46,452 nucleotides of DNA, taken from positions 1 to 46,452 of the forward strand of contig JALLOM010000002.1 in assembly GCA_027717865.1 (NCBI GenBank). The letters run 5' to 3'. The DNA comes from Acidobacteria bacterium AH-259-O06. GTDB lineage: Bacteria; Acidobacteriota; UBA6911; RPQK01; JADFOI01. Below, one piece after another: positions 46,394 through 46,452 of this stretch. The stretch's first letter is position 1, and each line of letters begins with the position of its first letter. The notes under the pieces were generated by a model. That model was given only the letters and a program-made list of their open reading frames with translations, did not search any database and was not told the DNA's origin. The position numbers were made by a program, and so were the translations under genes.

Positions 46394-46452
46394 GTCACTC
46401 GCCTGCGGGGACAAGCCCCTTGAGTTCTGTTTTGGAAAACTGGAATCAGCTC

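Noticed and set aside
1-46452. Scan for CRISPR arrays, tRNA/rRNA genes (especially a tRNA at the island border) and long tandem repeats
   Set aside because: No regularly spaced repeats or cloverleaf-like sequences were seen. The island border lies in a protein-gene 3' end, not a tRNA. This was an eye scan only; tRNAscan-SE/Infernal would be decisive.

Overview
This 46.4-kb window comes from a GC-rich bacterial chromosome. It is possibly Acidobacteriota-like, an inference resting only on the paralogous PD40/TPR Ser/Thr kinases and the repeated '..VVLNWF.ELKR' protein tails.

Ordinary flanks:
- Left: a partial IS transposase, a VapBC pair and a secreted hydrolase-like gene (1770-3437).
- Right: a glycan-degradation cluster (two GH127-like genes, a GH31 and two BNR/sialidase genes), an AT-rich ankyrin gene, VOC, DUF2007, two Hanks-type kinases, an MBL hydrolase and a DASS transporter.

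Between the flanks sits a ~22-kb insertion (3393-25668). It looks less GC-rich by eye. It is bounded by a perfect 39-bp direct repeat that duplicates the 3' end of the hydrolase gene, and no recombinase is left inside it.

The island carries two modules:
1. An ImmR/ImmA-like XRE repressor plus metalloprotease, divergent from a DUF2188 gene and a four-gene ubiquitin-like conjugation operon. The order Ubl-E2-JAB-E1 matches BilABCD.
2. An eight-gene, translationally coupled BREX-like operon: Xis-like HTH, a RadC-N/HhH fusion protein, a small 154-aa protein, the PglX methyltransferase, an AlbA_2/HATPase_c_4 protein, a BrxC-like ATPase, PglZ, and a BrxL-like AAA+ protein. In that last protein the Lon protease domain appears replaced by a MIT_C/PLD-like domain.

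The non-canonical BREX variant is the best candidate for an undescribed system. The switch-linked Ubl operon beside it is the second.

No rRNA, tRNA or CRISPR array was seen. All family assignments come from motif reading and memory, not from searches.
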